Source: Mobula hypostoma
Lineage: Eukaryota
DNA: 64,000 bases
Assembly (NCBI RefSeq): GCF_963921235.1
Contig: NC_086097.1
Coordinates: 70,310,001-70,374,000 of the forward strand
Reading direction: 5' to 3'
The notes beneath the pieces are model-generated. The model searched no databases, was not told the origin of the DNA, and saw only the letters and a program-made list of their open reading frames with translations. A program made the position numbers and the translations under genes. Below are positions 63,535 through 64,000 of the stretch, one piece after another. Every line of letters begins with the position of its first letter. The stretch's first letter is position 1.

Positions 63535-64000
63535 AGATTAAAGAGTCGTAGAGAAGTACAGCACAAAAGCAGACCCTTTGGCCCATCTCGTCGATGCCAA
63601 ACCATTTAAATTGCCTACCTCCATCAGCCTGTACTGGGACTATAGCCTTCCATACCCCTACTATCCATGTGCCTATCTAAACTTCACTTAAACGTTGAAA
63701 TCGAGATTGCATGCACCACTTGTGCTGGCAGCTCATTCCATACTCTATGATCTTTTGAGTAAAGAAGTTTCCTCTCATGTTCCCCTTAAACTTCCCAGCT
63801 TTCTCCCTTAACCTATGACCTCTAGTTGTAGTCCCACCCAAAGGAGGTTTGCGAAAATGATTCCAGGGTTGAAAGGCTTGTCGTATGAAGGGCAATTGAT
63901 AGCTCTGGGCCTCTACTCACTGGAATTTGAAAGAATGAAGGGTGACATTATTGAAACCTATTGAATGTTGAAAGTCTATGATAGTGTGGATGTGGAAAGG
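63535..64000. mobile_element. Two CR1 3' fragments in opposite orientations
   Basis: 63535-63840 (-) reads TRGHRL...FKGNMRGNFFTQ. 63843-64000 (+) reads MIPGLKGLSYE...LGLYSLEF.RM.GD.IETY. Confidence 0.75.

Overview
Vertebrate nuclear DNA, most likely a cartilaginous fish. This is inferred from the repeat families present: CR1, Rex1/Babar, V-SINE and Deu-SINE-like elements, Penelope and Tc1. The only host gene I can support is the 5' half of G2E3 (PHD/RING-HECT E3 ligase) on the minus strand. It has eight GT-AG exons in phase, running from a CpG-island promoter at about 40.4 kb down to position 720. The HECT exons lie outside the window. The rest is mostly transposable-element debris, often nested: a full-length L1-clade LINE, several CR1 and Rex1/Babar LINEs, Tc1 and Tigger-like DNA elements, a Gypsy remnant and SINEs. 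Five observations stand out. (1) A 1.26-kb Penelope insertion forms a near-perfect hairpin with ~570-bp arms and an intact minimal hammerhead-ribozyme motif in each arm; a 160-bp miniature and several decayed copies also occur. (2) An ITS2/28S rRNA fragment is fused to a retroposon 3' tail, nested in a MITE inside a LINE. (3) The G2E3 N-terminus is basic and resembles PHF7. (4) The promoter has a CHR element and ETS sites. (5) A CpG-rich pentamer minisatellite sits inside a Tigger-like MITE. All family assignments come from motif recognition by eye, with no database search.
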